Assembly: GCA_043228905.1 (NCBI GenBank)
Contig: JBHGNT010000020.1
Location: forward strand, 8,370,001-8,434,000
DNA length: 64,000 bases
Origin: Azolla caroliniana
Taxonomy: Eukaryota; Plantae; Polypodiophyta
Direction of reading: 5' to 3'
The notes under the pieces were generated by a model. It had not been told where the DNA came from. It was given only the letters and a program-made list of their open reading frames with translations, and made no database searches. This document shows positions 1 to 11,328 of this stretch, one piece after another. Within the stretch, counting starts at the first letter, position 1. Each line of letters begins with the position of its first letter. The translations under genes were made by a program, and so were the position numbers.

Positions 1-294
1 AGGAACTCTTTGGAATGTGAGAGGCTTTGTTACGCAAGCTTCGCCAGATGTGGTTTCATCCTTGTCAATGCTTGCACAACTTTTGCTATCTTGTATACCA
101 CTTTGTCCTGGCCTCTTGAAAGGGTCAATTGAGAAAAGTGAGTTTGAGTTATTACCAACATCACAACTAACATTTTCACTTGGACCCTTTGAAACACTTG
201 GGACCTTGTACTCATCGACTGAGAAATATGAGTTACTCGATAAAGCATAAGGGTCCATTGAAAACAAGGATGATCTACTTGAAGCACAAGACAT
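1..294 (-). CDS. 5' part of an unknown ORF running off the left edge (MSCASSRSSLFSMDPY...KPLTFQRVP), divergent from the ParB-methyltransferase gene
   Basis: ATG at 294 on the minus strand followed by 98 stop-free codons to position 1; absent from the ORF track because its stop is outside the window; no recognisable domain. Confidence 0.45.
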   Translation of the reverse strand, partial: MSCASSRSSLFSMDPYALSSNSYFSVDEYKVPSVSKGPSENVSCDVGNNSNSLFSIDPFKRPGQSGIQDSKSCASIDKDETTSGEACVTKPLTFQRVP

Positions 295-543
295 CTTGAA
301 GCCTAACTTAAATTAACACCTTTCTCTTGTTTAAGTAGAAGTTTAAGAATTTAAGATCTAGTCTACGAACATAAACCATATGAAGACATCTTGGGATAAA
401 AGATAAGGTATATTGACATCATATTATTATTTAATATTGTAAATTTTTTATAATAAATTATTGTGTAATATTGTATTTTTTTAAGAGAAAATCTTTTTTT
501 TAAAATAATTATTTTATTTTCCAAAAAAACAATTTAAGTTAAC

Positions 544-552
544 TATATAAAT
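544..552 (+). promoter_or_regulatory. Candidate TATA box (TATATAAAT) upstream of a short putative first exon (ATG 662, donor GTAAGT at 684)
   Basis: TATA motif in an AT-rich stretch followed by ATG and a consensus splice donor; link to the 2334 exon not established because phases differ. Confidence 0.35.
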
Positions 553-829
553 AGAGATCTACCGCTCATTATCTCTTACACGTTTCAAGAGCTCAGAGCA
601 CTCTTTAGAAAAAGTCATCTTTTTCTGTGTTCATCAACACATTGTCAACAACTAGTCTAACATGAAATCGAGCAAGACAGTTGGTAAGTAAGTCTTCTAT
701 TACCCAAATTTAAAGATTCCTAAAGATACCATAAAGATTCTTTTTTATTATCTATAAAATTGAGTGACTTTAATTATAATTAGTTTGGTGTATGTATAAT
801 TTCTTCAGTTTCTTGAGAGGATGTCCTGT

Positions 830-1866
830 CTAATTCGATGCAGTGCATCAGATTAGAAAGTACTTCCTCGCTAACTCGATGAACTGCATCGGGGTAGATA
901 GGAAATTAAGACAACACATACATAAGAGTAAGAGGTTATCGTCCCTAATCCGATGCACTACATTGGATTAGGGAGGATATGATACGACATCCTCTAAAAT
1001 CCGATGGTTATCCTCCCCAATCCGATGCAATGCATCGGATTTCAGACGATGTCGTATCATATCCTCCCTAATCCAATGTACTGCATCAGATTAGGGAGCA
1101 TTGCATTAGATTTAGGAGAAGATGATCAGGAAACCTCTGAAATCCGATGCACTGCATCGGATTAGGGAGAAAATCCTCCCTAATCCGATGAAATGCATCG
1201 GATTTCAGAGGATGTCGTATCATATCCTCCCAAATCCAATGTAATGCATCGGAGTAGGGAGGAGATGATGAGAAAACCTCTGATTTCAGAGGATTTCCTC
1301 CCTAATCCGATGCTACAGTGCATCGGATTAGGGAGGAGATGATCAGAAAACCTCTGAAATCCAACGCAGTGCAACGGATTTCAGAGGATGTCCTCTCTAA
1401 TCCGATGCGGTGCATTGGATTAGGGAGGAGATGATCAGAAAACCTCTGAAATCCAACGCAGTGCAACGGATTTCAGAGGATGTCCTCTCTAATCCGATGC
1501 ACTGCATCGGATTAGGGAGGAGATGATCAGAAAACCTCTGAAATCCGACGCAGTGCAATGGATTTCAGAGGATGTCCTCTCTAATCCGATGCACTGCATC
1601 GGATTAGGGAGGAGATGATCAGAAAACCTCTGAAATCCGATGCAATGCATCGGATTTCAGAGGATGTCCTCTCTAATCCAATGCAGTGCATCGGATTAGG
1701 GAGGAGATGATCAGAAAACCTCTGAAATCCCATGCAGTGCAACGGATTTCAGAGGATGTCCTCTCTAATCCAATGCGGTGCATTGGATTAGGGAGGAGAT
1801 GATCAGAAAACCTCCCAAATCCGATAAATCCTCTGAAATCCGATGCACTGCATCGGATTTCAGAGG
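830..1866. repeat. Palindromic tandem array: about 20 copies of AATCCGATGCA-N-TGCATCGGATT, organised in the right half as 92-bp double-hairpin units
   Basis: Unit starts at 1398, 1490, 1582, 1674 and 1766 (92-bp period); each unit holds two inverted repeats, e.g. CCTCTGAAATCCGATGCA-A-TGCATCGGATTTCAGAGG. Confidence 0.95.
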
Positions 1867-1879
1867 ACGTGCTAGCTTT

Positions 1880-2300
1880 ATTTTAGGTATATTAAGATGT
1901 ATTTTATGTATATTTAGGTGTATTTCGTCGTATTTACGTTTCTGTTACATGTACTTAGGTGTATTTATATGTATTTAGTAGTGTTTAGGTGTGTTTAGGT
2001 GTGTTTAGGTCTACTTACGTGTATTTAGGTGTGTTTTATGTTTATTTTACGTGTACTTAGGTGTATTGGAGAGTATTTAGTTGTGTTTAGTATGTGTTTA
2101 GGTGTACTTACGTGTACTTAGGTGTATTGGAGAGTATTCAGTTTAGGGTTTAGTATATTTAGGTGTGTTTTACATGTAGTTAAGGGTATTTAGGTGCACT
2201 TACGTGTATTTAGGTGCATTTTATGTGTATTTTACGTGTACTACGGTGTATTAAAGAGAATTTAGTTCTGTTTTGGTGTATTCAAGTATATTTTACATTT
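1880..2300. repeat. Degenerate C-poor low-complexity repeat (TTTAGGTGTG / TACGTGTA-like units)
   Basis: Many imperfect copies of tttaggtgt, ending before the splice acceptor at 2333. Confidence 0.8.
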
Positions 2301-2333
2301 ATTTCACAAAAATATTTAGTTTTTTTCCCCCAG

Positions 2334-5300
2334 TGAGCCCCGTCCGAAGGTGCCCTCTTTCAAGTTGAAGTTTCGGTCTCCGACAAAACATGACTAGGAG
2401 AGTTTTTTAAAAGAAAAGTCTCGACGATCATTATTGGAGTCCGAAGGTGATGGGACCTCGAAATCATCCGTAGGGAATACGAAAAATAAACAAATTATGC
2501 TCCTAGAAGATAAGTCCACAGAGCATAAGCTAAAAAATTATTCACACATAGAATGGAGTCTCACTTACATTGAAGAAGATGGGGTATTGCTCCTTATATT
2601 TGCCACGTCGGAAGGAAAAGGAAAGCTTGAATTAGGGAAGACCTTACCCTATGGTAAAGTTCGTAATTTAGAATATGAAGACAATGATTCGTCCATTATC
2701 TTCCTCGAAGTTGAGAGCTCAGGTGGTATAAGGCGAGTGCAAGTTGATGAAGGAAACCTAGTACCTGATGTATGCCACCCAAAATCTTTGCAAAAATATA
2801 TGCAAACAAAGAATAATCTTATTGTAGCTCTTCGGCCTTATGTTACCGGAGAGATGATGAGCACAGAAGCAGAGACTCCACCTAAAAAGTCTCGGAAAAC
2901 AAAACCGGAACATAAAAAATATCAAAAACGACAAATATCTAATGACAAGGACCTCAACGTCTTGGAGTTCGAGGAAGAAGAAGACGATGAAAAACAACTT
3001 GAAATTGTCCCTCCAGGAGGGCAAATATCTTCCGGTGTATTGACTTCTGAGCAAAACCGAATTAGAGAAAATATAGCTAGGACCAAACTAGTGAAAAAGG
3101 TCAACTCTTCCATCTACCAATTTCTTCAATTCAAAGGCCGCCCATCGACCCTGAAACTGGAAGACGCAAGCTCGAGATTAGAGAGCCACATGCAGTGCAT
3201 GTACAAAATTTGAAAAGCAAAATGAAGATAAATCCACATGCAACCGTTGTACCTTTTTTGGTTATGGTAGACCCTGAACAGTGTTCGACAGTTGCTGATT
3301 TTAAATATAGCTCTTCAGATGATTATACTTATTATGTTATCGGAGGATCTCATTCAGCTGAAGCCCGACGTCAACTCGTCAAGGAATATCCGCTCACTCC
3401 GTTTTTTAAGTACGCAGAATGTAAAGTATATGCAGGTCTTACTCATGAAGAGGCCAAGTTGTTAGCATGGGACCACAACAATGATAATGATTATAGACAT
3501 AATATGTCTTGTATCGAACGCATCAGATTCTTTCACCATGAGTATTTGGATGCATTGCAAAGATTTGAACCCAAGTTGAACCCTGGCTTACGACGTCAAT
3601 GTTTACTAGAAGTGGGTATTGCAGTTGACGAGAGTACGAAATCTGAAGGGCTACGGAAATATGACTCATGGTTTCAGCTTGCCTTTAGAACAGGTGAGGT
3701 ATGGGATCTCTAGGATAGAATATTTGGCATGTGGGAGCGCAAGGAGGTCAAAGGTCAACGGGCAAAGAAGGCCAAGGTAGATCCACAAGTGGAGATGAAG
3801 ACAAAGTCACGTAAAAGTGACTTATTTATTGAGGAGTTGGCCGAAGATATGAAGTTGCTACCTTGGAGGTCACTACAAGGAATTAAAGACGATAGATTGT
3901 TAATATCTGTGTTGTCTCGAGTTGTAGCCAAGGAGTTTAGCTTGGACGAGATGGTGACTGAGTTACAAAAGTATGTAAAATTGAAATGTTTTTCTTTATT
4001 CTTGTGCATTTCCTTTGATAACTGATTTCACATTTAATATTTTATTTTTAGTCATAAATTATACATGAAGATACAAGAATTGATGATGAAAAAATTGTGC
4101 CTACCAACCTGGGAAGAAGTCGAACAAGCTTGCCCAATAACATCATCATATAAGGCATTAGAAGAGTTCTTCATTGTATTTAGAGAATGGGTATGTGTAT
4201 TTTCAATTGGAAAAGATTCAATTATCATTTATCAGATATATTCCTTACAGGAAATGAATTTTGCAGAAACCACCTCGATCAAAGAAAGTTGGTGATAGTA
4301 ATGACGGTATTCCAAGTTCGTTCATTACGCACTTGGAACGTGCTAAATACGAAAAAAGAATGACAAAGGGAAAGGAGTTGGAAGTGTCGGAGGACTTCGC
4401 AACGGTAAAAAGTTTTTTGCATAGAGCTGACCCTTTCAAACAATTACATTATAGTGTATTCTAGGGGGATGTGGTGAATATGCTCGACATATTACCAAAA
4501 AGGCACTATACATTACTTATTGTTGATATACCGTACGGATTCCGGATCACGGGTTCCATGTTCGATGATGTGCCTTTCAAGTACCCCCAGATTGAGAAGA
4601 TGGTAAAGGACTTCGCAGAGTTGACCTTAGCACCATTGTGGAGGATAGTCATATTTCATAGCATGGGTCAATCATTGTCAGTCACAACTGCTTTAAAGTC
4701 ACGATGTCATGCAACAGAGCATATGCATTGGTGAGTTATACGTTGTTTTTTGATAATATTCTCTTAGATATGTGGTTTATATATGTTCCATTCAAATTTT
4801 AACTCATTTGTTTTGGGTTCAATAGGATTAAAACAAATATTACACGTAGCCTGGGCAATCGTATGGTCAGTGCAGTTGAGCATCTTAGCGTGGGTTATTA
4901 TGATGTAATAACGAAGAAGAAGGCTCGGGCACACGTTAACGAAAGAAACGTTGTAAATTATATAATGTGCCCAGCTGTGACAAAGAAGCTTCGACATGTA
5001 TCAGGTGAAAAGAGCCTTGTGAACCCTTATCAAATACCTCAAAGATTGATCAACCGCTTAATCGAGCTCTTGTCAAACCCAGATGATTGGGTTCTGGATT
5101 TGTTCTCTGGCACAAGTATATGTAATATAAGTTTAGTCTCGTTAATTTGATTAAGTTATAGACTTTCATTATTATTTTGACTTTTGCACTTCTATTTTAC
5201 GATCAGGTACTACTACAGCTTGTGCATTAAAAATGTTCAGAAACCGTGTCGTGTTGGAGAAGGACCCTGAACAAGCTAACTACATCAAAATGAGGATCCA

Positions 5301-5559
5301 AGGAATCTGGGATTGTCCAGATCAAGATCAAGAAGTCGGAGCGAAGCACATCAATGAAACAGAGAGGTTTCAGATGACTTCGAGAGAGCCAATGGAACCT
5401 ATAGATGAAGACGCAGGGGACCTTGTGGACCTAGAAGATGTAATAGAATTTGAACATATGCATGGTTCAGTGAAGCAAACAATCAATACTACAGAGGACA
5501 ATTTAGAAGAGTCCATTCATCCAGAAGAGCCCACGTTGCTTGACTTGCTTATAGATTGA
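2334..5559 (+). pseudogene. Intron-containing ParB/Srx-like domain plus beta-class N6-adenine/N4-cytosine DNA methyltransferase fusion, disabled copy
   Basis: Exons 2334-3970, 4052-4190, 4267-4730, 4826-5115, 5207-5559 joined by phase-compatible GT-AG introns of 76-95 bp. ParB-like motifs FHLPISSIQRP, VVPFLVMV, YYVIGGSHSAEARRQL, EEAKLLAWDHN..MSCIER. Methyltransferase motifs GDVVNML..LLIVDIPYG, WIKTN, NPYQIPQRLINRLIELLSNPDDWVLDLFSGTSTTTACAL..RN..VLEKD. TAG stops at 2395, 3711, 4462 and a frameshift near 3060-3080. Confidence 0.88.
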
Positions 5560-6125
5560 TTTCTATGGTTAGGTGTATTATTTGAACGATATTAAATGAT
5601 AGACATTGACTTGTGACTATTGTTTCATTTGAACACAATTAAAACTTAAAGTTTGAGTTTATTTGGCAAACTGTATAATTTGAATGGTATTAATGTTTTA
5701 CATGTTCTTCAACCTTTCTTTGGAAAGTCTGCAAGGGTTTTTATAGATGATTTTGGCCATCAATAGTGCAAGGATGGGTCATCTAGAAACGTTGTGTGTG
5801 GATAATCTTTAGTATTTGATTTATGTATAATTTGACTAAGTCTATAATTTTAAGGGTATTAAATGTTTTTCTTTGACTTCTACCTTCTAGAGTTATAACA
5901 CTATTAAGTTTTAAAGTTTGACGTATTATATGTGATTATATTATAAAATTAGCATCTATGTCATTCTTGGCGTGGGCAACTATTTTTATCTTCGCCACAA
6001 TTACGGTTCAAATGATTAAAGTTGCATATAATTCCATTCCGTTAATTTAGAATTTCACCAAAAACATGACATATGAAATATAAGGCTATTGATTTTCTTG
6101 ACAAAAAATTATTTAGTTGAAATTT

Positions 6126-7322
6126 TTATTCGGCTAGCCGCCCCTTGTCTGCTTGTTCTTGGCCGGTTGAGGAGGTTGGCCTTTGTATAACCGGCTCTTG
6201 CGTTACGGGGCTTGCCGGTGCTACCTGTTGTGCAGGGACTTCTGTGATTGGTTCCATCCGAACCGGTTCCGGTGCCTCCCTTGGCGTGGGATGCTCAGTG
6301 TGGGTTGCGGGCGTTCCATCCTTTTGTGGGTCCGAACGCTTCCCAGCTGATTCAACGGTGCTCTTCACCGGCCGCCGCTGGAGGTGCTCTATGGGTTCTT
6401 CCTCCATTTCCTCCGCCTGAGTCCCAGCATTCATCCTTGCCGCCAGGGTGTCCGTTTCTTGCTGCACCGGTCGGTGGAGTGGGCTCTTCAGGGGCCGTGC
6501 TGGTGTCTCCTTGTGTGTGTCCATCGGCCACTTCCGGCTAGCACGCTCCTTTGCCGCCTTCTCTGTGTCGGCCGTCTTCCCCTTCGTGGCCTTGGAGGCC
6601 AACAACTGTTGCCATTTCGAAGCAGGTTTCGGGGTGGCGTCTGTTGCTCTTCCCCGCTTCTTGGTCTGGACCGGCTCGACTGGTGGCGCCAATAGGGTTA
6701 GCCATTGCGTCACTGCATGCCATATTTTCCGGCCTTCCTTGCCGTCCTTTCCTCTTACGATATCAATAGCCGTACACAACCCGTCGACGATCAGCACCGG
6801 CCAATCCACCTTGACCCCTTCGTACGTCGCGATAATCAAGCCTACTCAGTTCTGAGGCATAACGGGGGGTCGAGGGTATACGTGGCCAAACTCATGGAGT
6901 ACACGGGCAATTTCACGGAATAACATGTCTTCACCGCCCTGTGTCCTGTAGCCTTTGCTGGCGAGAGAATACTCACTGAAATATTTGATGAGCTGCTCGG
7001 AGGTAGGATTGTCGATCGTGTTGATGCCCCCCTCCGGAAGGCCTGTTAACGCACGGATCGCCTCCTCCGTGATCACCTCTGTGTCAATTTCTTTGATAAT
7101 CTTTTCGGCCTCCTTGTGTGGCGCCGCCTCCATGATCGTCAAGAAACCCTCTAGTCCGTGTTGCCGTAGCCATTTCTTGGCGGCTTCAGACAGTGTCTGG
7201 CAGTCCATCTCTGCATCGAGGTCGGAGAGCGTTGGCGAGGTTTGATGGTGGGGAGAGTGTGAGAGAGAAAGTTCTGAGTGAGGGGGTTCTCTGTGCCCGA
7301 GCTCTCTTCGATTGATCTTCAC
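6126..7322 (-). CDS. Additional ORF(s) downstream of pol in the Athila-like element, stop-interrupted, unknown function
   Basis: ORFs 6846-7322 and 6126-6839 are in the same frame separated by one TGA; they follow the integrase after a spacer. Confidence 0.55.
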
Positions 7323-9860
7323 GCGTCTTCCTGCGTCTGTTCTCCTTGGTTCGCGAAAGGAGAAGGTCTCGATGCGTCAGGGTTTTTCTCTCTGCATCTT
7401 GGCGCCTTTTTCGAGCCTCCGCATGTGCAGGTCGTGTACTATAATAGCATTGCGTGCCATGTGGCGGTGGTTTAATGTCCTATTCATAGCCTCCTCGTAC
7501 CTTTTCAAGGTGTCTCTTTACTCCTCATTTGCATGGCCGTTTCCACCACTCCTTTCGATGGTTTCTTTTATTTGTTTTATTTGTTTTTGTAAAATTAATT
7601 GTGTGGTTAATTTTTCTCCGGTCCTGTCGGACCCTTACCTGAAACGCGCACCTTGCCGGCCTCTTGACAGTTTGCCGTCGTTTTGCTTTCCCCGGTTGTC
7701 GGCTCGTGCTCCTCCTTACCGGCTTTGTGGTAGCCGTTTTCCTCATAGGTTGTCGTCTTGGTTGGCCTCCCAACGTCCGATTCGGTGTCGGTCCTTCGTT
7801 CAAATGGGTTCTTGGGCATAGGTCCTTTGTAATGCTTTAGTCTAAATCCGTTGACCCATTTACCCAGCACTTCGCCGGCAAGTGTCCCTAATTGGTAAGA
7901 CCCATTGAACCCACGTGTGATCCAGTATGGTCCGGTCCATCTAAACTGTAGTTTGCCTAGCATTTTACCCATCCGGGTCTGGAACACGAGTACCAGCTTG
8001 TCGATTTCGAACATCTTTTCGTTTCCCTTCCGGTGCCGATCTACAAACGCTTTCCGTCGCCGTTGTTCCAATTCCAAGTGCATGATGCTCGCTAGTCGGT
8101 GTTCTTCTAGTTCACACAGAGCCTTTAACCGAATTGCCTCCGATTCCTTTTCATTGAGTCGTTCCCGAATCTGAATCCGTAAGATCGGTACCTGGAATTC
8201 GACTGGCATGACTGCCTCTAATCCGAATGCAAACTGGAACAACGTTGTTCGGATGCTTGTTTTGTACGTTGTCCAGTAAGCCTAGAGCGCACTGCGTAGC
8301 TTCATGTCCCAATCTGTCCGATTTTCATTGACGATCTTGCGCAGGATATTCTGTAGCGTTTTGTCTGTTGACTCAGCTAATCCGTTGGCTTGTGGGTAGT
8401 ACGGGGTGCTCCGTGTATGTACTACCGCATAGAATGACGTCAAGCTCTCCACTACTTGTCCAAGAAAGTGCCCTCCTCGGTCGCTTATCAGCTCTATGGG
8501 GCATCCGTACCGGCACCAAATGTATTCGTATAAAAATTTTGCCATTGACGCCGCGGTGTTGTCTCGTAGGCCTTTGGCTTCCACCCATTTAGTGCAATAG
8601 TCCGTCGCGACGATCACATACCGGTTGCCAGTTCTCATTGCCGGTGGTTTAAATGGTCTGACAAAATCCAGTCCCCATTTTTGAAATGGTTCTAGCGGTA
8701 GTACTAGCTAGTGCGGCATCCTAGCTTGTTCCGTTGGCTGGCCCATTCGCTGGCATAGATCACACTCTTTCGCATACCGGACCATAGGCCACCATAGGCC
8801 ACTTTGCCATATCTTCCTTGCTGTAGCATCCCCGGCATAATGGCCTCCGGCGACTCCGTAGTGTGCTTCCCATAGTATTACCTCTTTCTCGTCGCTACGC
8901 ACTGCTCGTCGCCATATACCGTCCGCAGTTTTGTGGTATAGCGCGTCCCGTAATAAACAGAAGTGCCGGCTTTGTACCGCCAAGCGTTTCCTCTCGTCCC
9001 GGTTCATCTCCTCCGGAGGCAATCCGGTGCTCAGAAATTGGTGCATATTTGTTAGCCACTTATCTTATGGTGACACCGTTTCATCTGTTGTTGTTTCCAC
9101 GGTGACTCGAAATAGCTCAGCATCCGGAAACTCATCTGGTACTCCGTCGCCGGTTTCGCCGGAATCTAACCGGCTTAAATAATCTGCTACCGCATGTTGT
9201 ATGCTGGGTCAGTGGAATATCTCGAATTCGAATTCCTGTAATAGCAAAGTCCACCGGGCCAACTTACCGGTAAGTGACGCTTTGGACACTAGGTAGAGGA
9301 GTGTTGAATGATCTACATGGAAGGAAAACTTCCTTCCCAATAAATAATGCCTGAATTTTGTTATATTGTAGAACATGCCTAAAGCTTCCCTTTCCGTGGT
9401 GGAATAATTTCGTTCGGCTTGGGATAACTTCCGGCTTGCATAATATATAGGCCGGTACCATCTTGGCTCCGTAAGTTGCATCAACACACTCCCGATTGCA
9501 ATGTCGGACGCATCCACAAACACATGAAATTCCTTCGCCCAATCCGGGGGTTGCACTATTGGCGCTTGTGACAATAGAACTTTGAGTGCCCGGTACGCCT
9601 TGTCTTCGGTGCCGGGCCACTGGAATGGTGTTCGGTGTACCGCAACATGCAGTGGTGTAGCTAGGTTTGCCAAATACCAGAGCATTCGTCTATTCCAACG
9701 GATTTGGCCTAAGAAACGGCTCAATCCCTTTGCCGTTTTTGGTGCTGGTGCCTCCAGGATTGCTTTTACCTTGTATGGATCCACGGCGATGCCCTCCTTG
9801 CTCACAATGTGCCCCAGTAGCGTTCCGCTGGACACGCCAAATACACACTTCGCCGGATTC

Positions 9861-10119
9861 AGGCTTCGCCGGTAAGCCCTACACTTTTCTAGACACAGTC
9901 GGAGTTGCTGAAGGTGATCTCCTTCCCAGCTGTACACGGCAAAGTCGTCGAGGAACACCTGCATGAACGCCGATATGAATTCTCCGAATAGGCTTAGCCG
10001 GTAAGCCCTACACTTTTCTAGACACAGTCGGAGTTGCTAAAGGTGATCTCCTTCCCAGTTGTACACGGCGAAGTCGTCGAGGAACACCTACATGAATGCC
10101 AGTATGAATTCTCCGAATA
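9861..10119. repeat. 129-bp tandem duplication inside the RT domain
   Basis: aggctt(c/a)gccggtaagccctacac starts at 9861 and 9990. Confidence 0.92.
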
Positions 10120-10641
10120 TTTCCATGATGATCCTCTAGAACGTTGTCGGCGCCGTTTTGAGTCCGAACATCATCACTACAGCAACAAACACTCCCCATT
10201 CAGTGACGAAAGTTGTTTTCTCCTGGTCATCGGGGTGCATCTAGATTTGGTTGTATCCACTGAATCCGTCTAAAAAACTGTATACCTCATGGCCAGGGAC
10301 TGCGTCCAAAACTCCATCCGTAAATGGAAGTGGAAATGCATCAGTTACCGTCGCTGCATTAAGCTTCCGGTAGTCGACACATACTCTAATTTTTCTGTTT
10401 TTCTTCGGTACGACTACTATCAGGCTCAGCCATGTCGATTTCTTTATGGGACGGATAAAGCCAACTCCTTCACTTTGGCGGCGTAGTTCGGATTCATCCG
10501 GTACCGTCATTGTGCTACCGGTTTGGCGTCTTTGCTCAAATGTATATGATGTTGATATAGCTGAGGATCGAGCCCTCTCATATCCTCGTAAGACCAGGCA
10601 AAGACGTCCCAAAACTCTTTGAGAAGTGTAATCATCGCCGT

Positions 10642-11328
10642 TGTCACGTTGCTACATGCGTGCATGGAGAACAAGGCGGGACCACTGGGGTCTTGGACCG
10701 AGGAATAGGTGGGGGAAAAGAGAGAGAGGGAGAGAGAGACACGCTCACACACGGATAGACAAAGAAGCGCGTGGGAACACAGCCCAATCAACACAAGAGA
10801 CACAAGTTGGGCAGGAGATAGAGTGTAAGAACGCGTATATAAATATATGTATGCAGATGACTCGAACGGTTACGGCCGATCAGGTCGACGAGATGGGTGT
10901 CGACGCCTAATCACCCACGCACACAGGGGAGCAAGATGGAGATTCTGCTGGAAGCACACAGGCGTTCCACGGAGCAGAATCAGCCTCTCGAGAACCTGCG
11001 CAAAGAAAGCTTATGGAGAACGACAGAGGAGAAGAGCTCGGTCCTAGTCCGACAGCACTTCGTCCCCTCTAGCACACGATCCCTTCTCTCCCCGTCTCCC
11101 TCTCTTTTATAGCTCAAGGAGGGAGGCCGCCTTGCCCGTTTACATCACATTAATTCTCTGTCCTTTCGGACAGAGATACTCCTCGATTTCCCTTACAGAA
11201 TATTGCTACCTAGGATTTAACCTTTGTGCCTACCTATCTACTATACGACAAGGGACGTGCCCACGTGTAAGGGCCGGTTCACACACACTATACACGGTTT
11301 GCGCCTGGGGACGGTTTTCTTCACGACA
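10642..11328 (-). repeat. 3' LTR of the nested Gypsy
   Basis: About 97% identical to 17060-17748 (roughly 20 substitutions by eye, nearly all transitions); adjacent to the PPT. Confidence 0.95.

Noticed and set aside
830-1866. CRISPR array
   Set aside because: Sequences between palindromes are themselves repeated rather than unique spacers; no cas genes; eukaryotic context
2334-5559. Bacterial contamination as the source of the methyltransferase
   Set aside because: Four phase-correct spliceosomal introns, contiguity with plant TEs and a methylation-type decay pattern
6126-7322. Retroviral env gene
   Set aside because: No signal peptide or transmembrane segment visible
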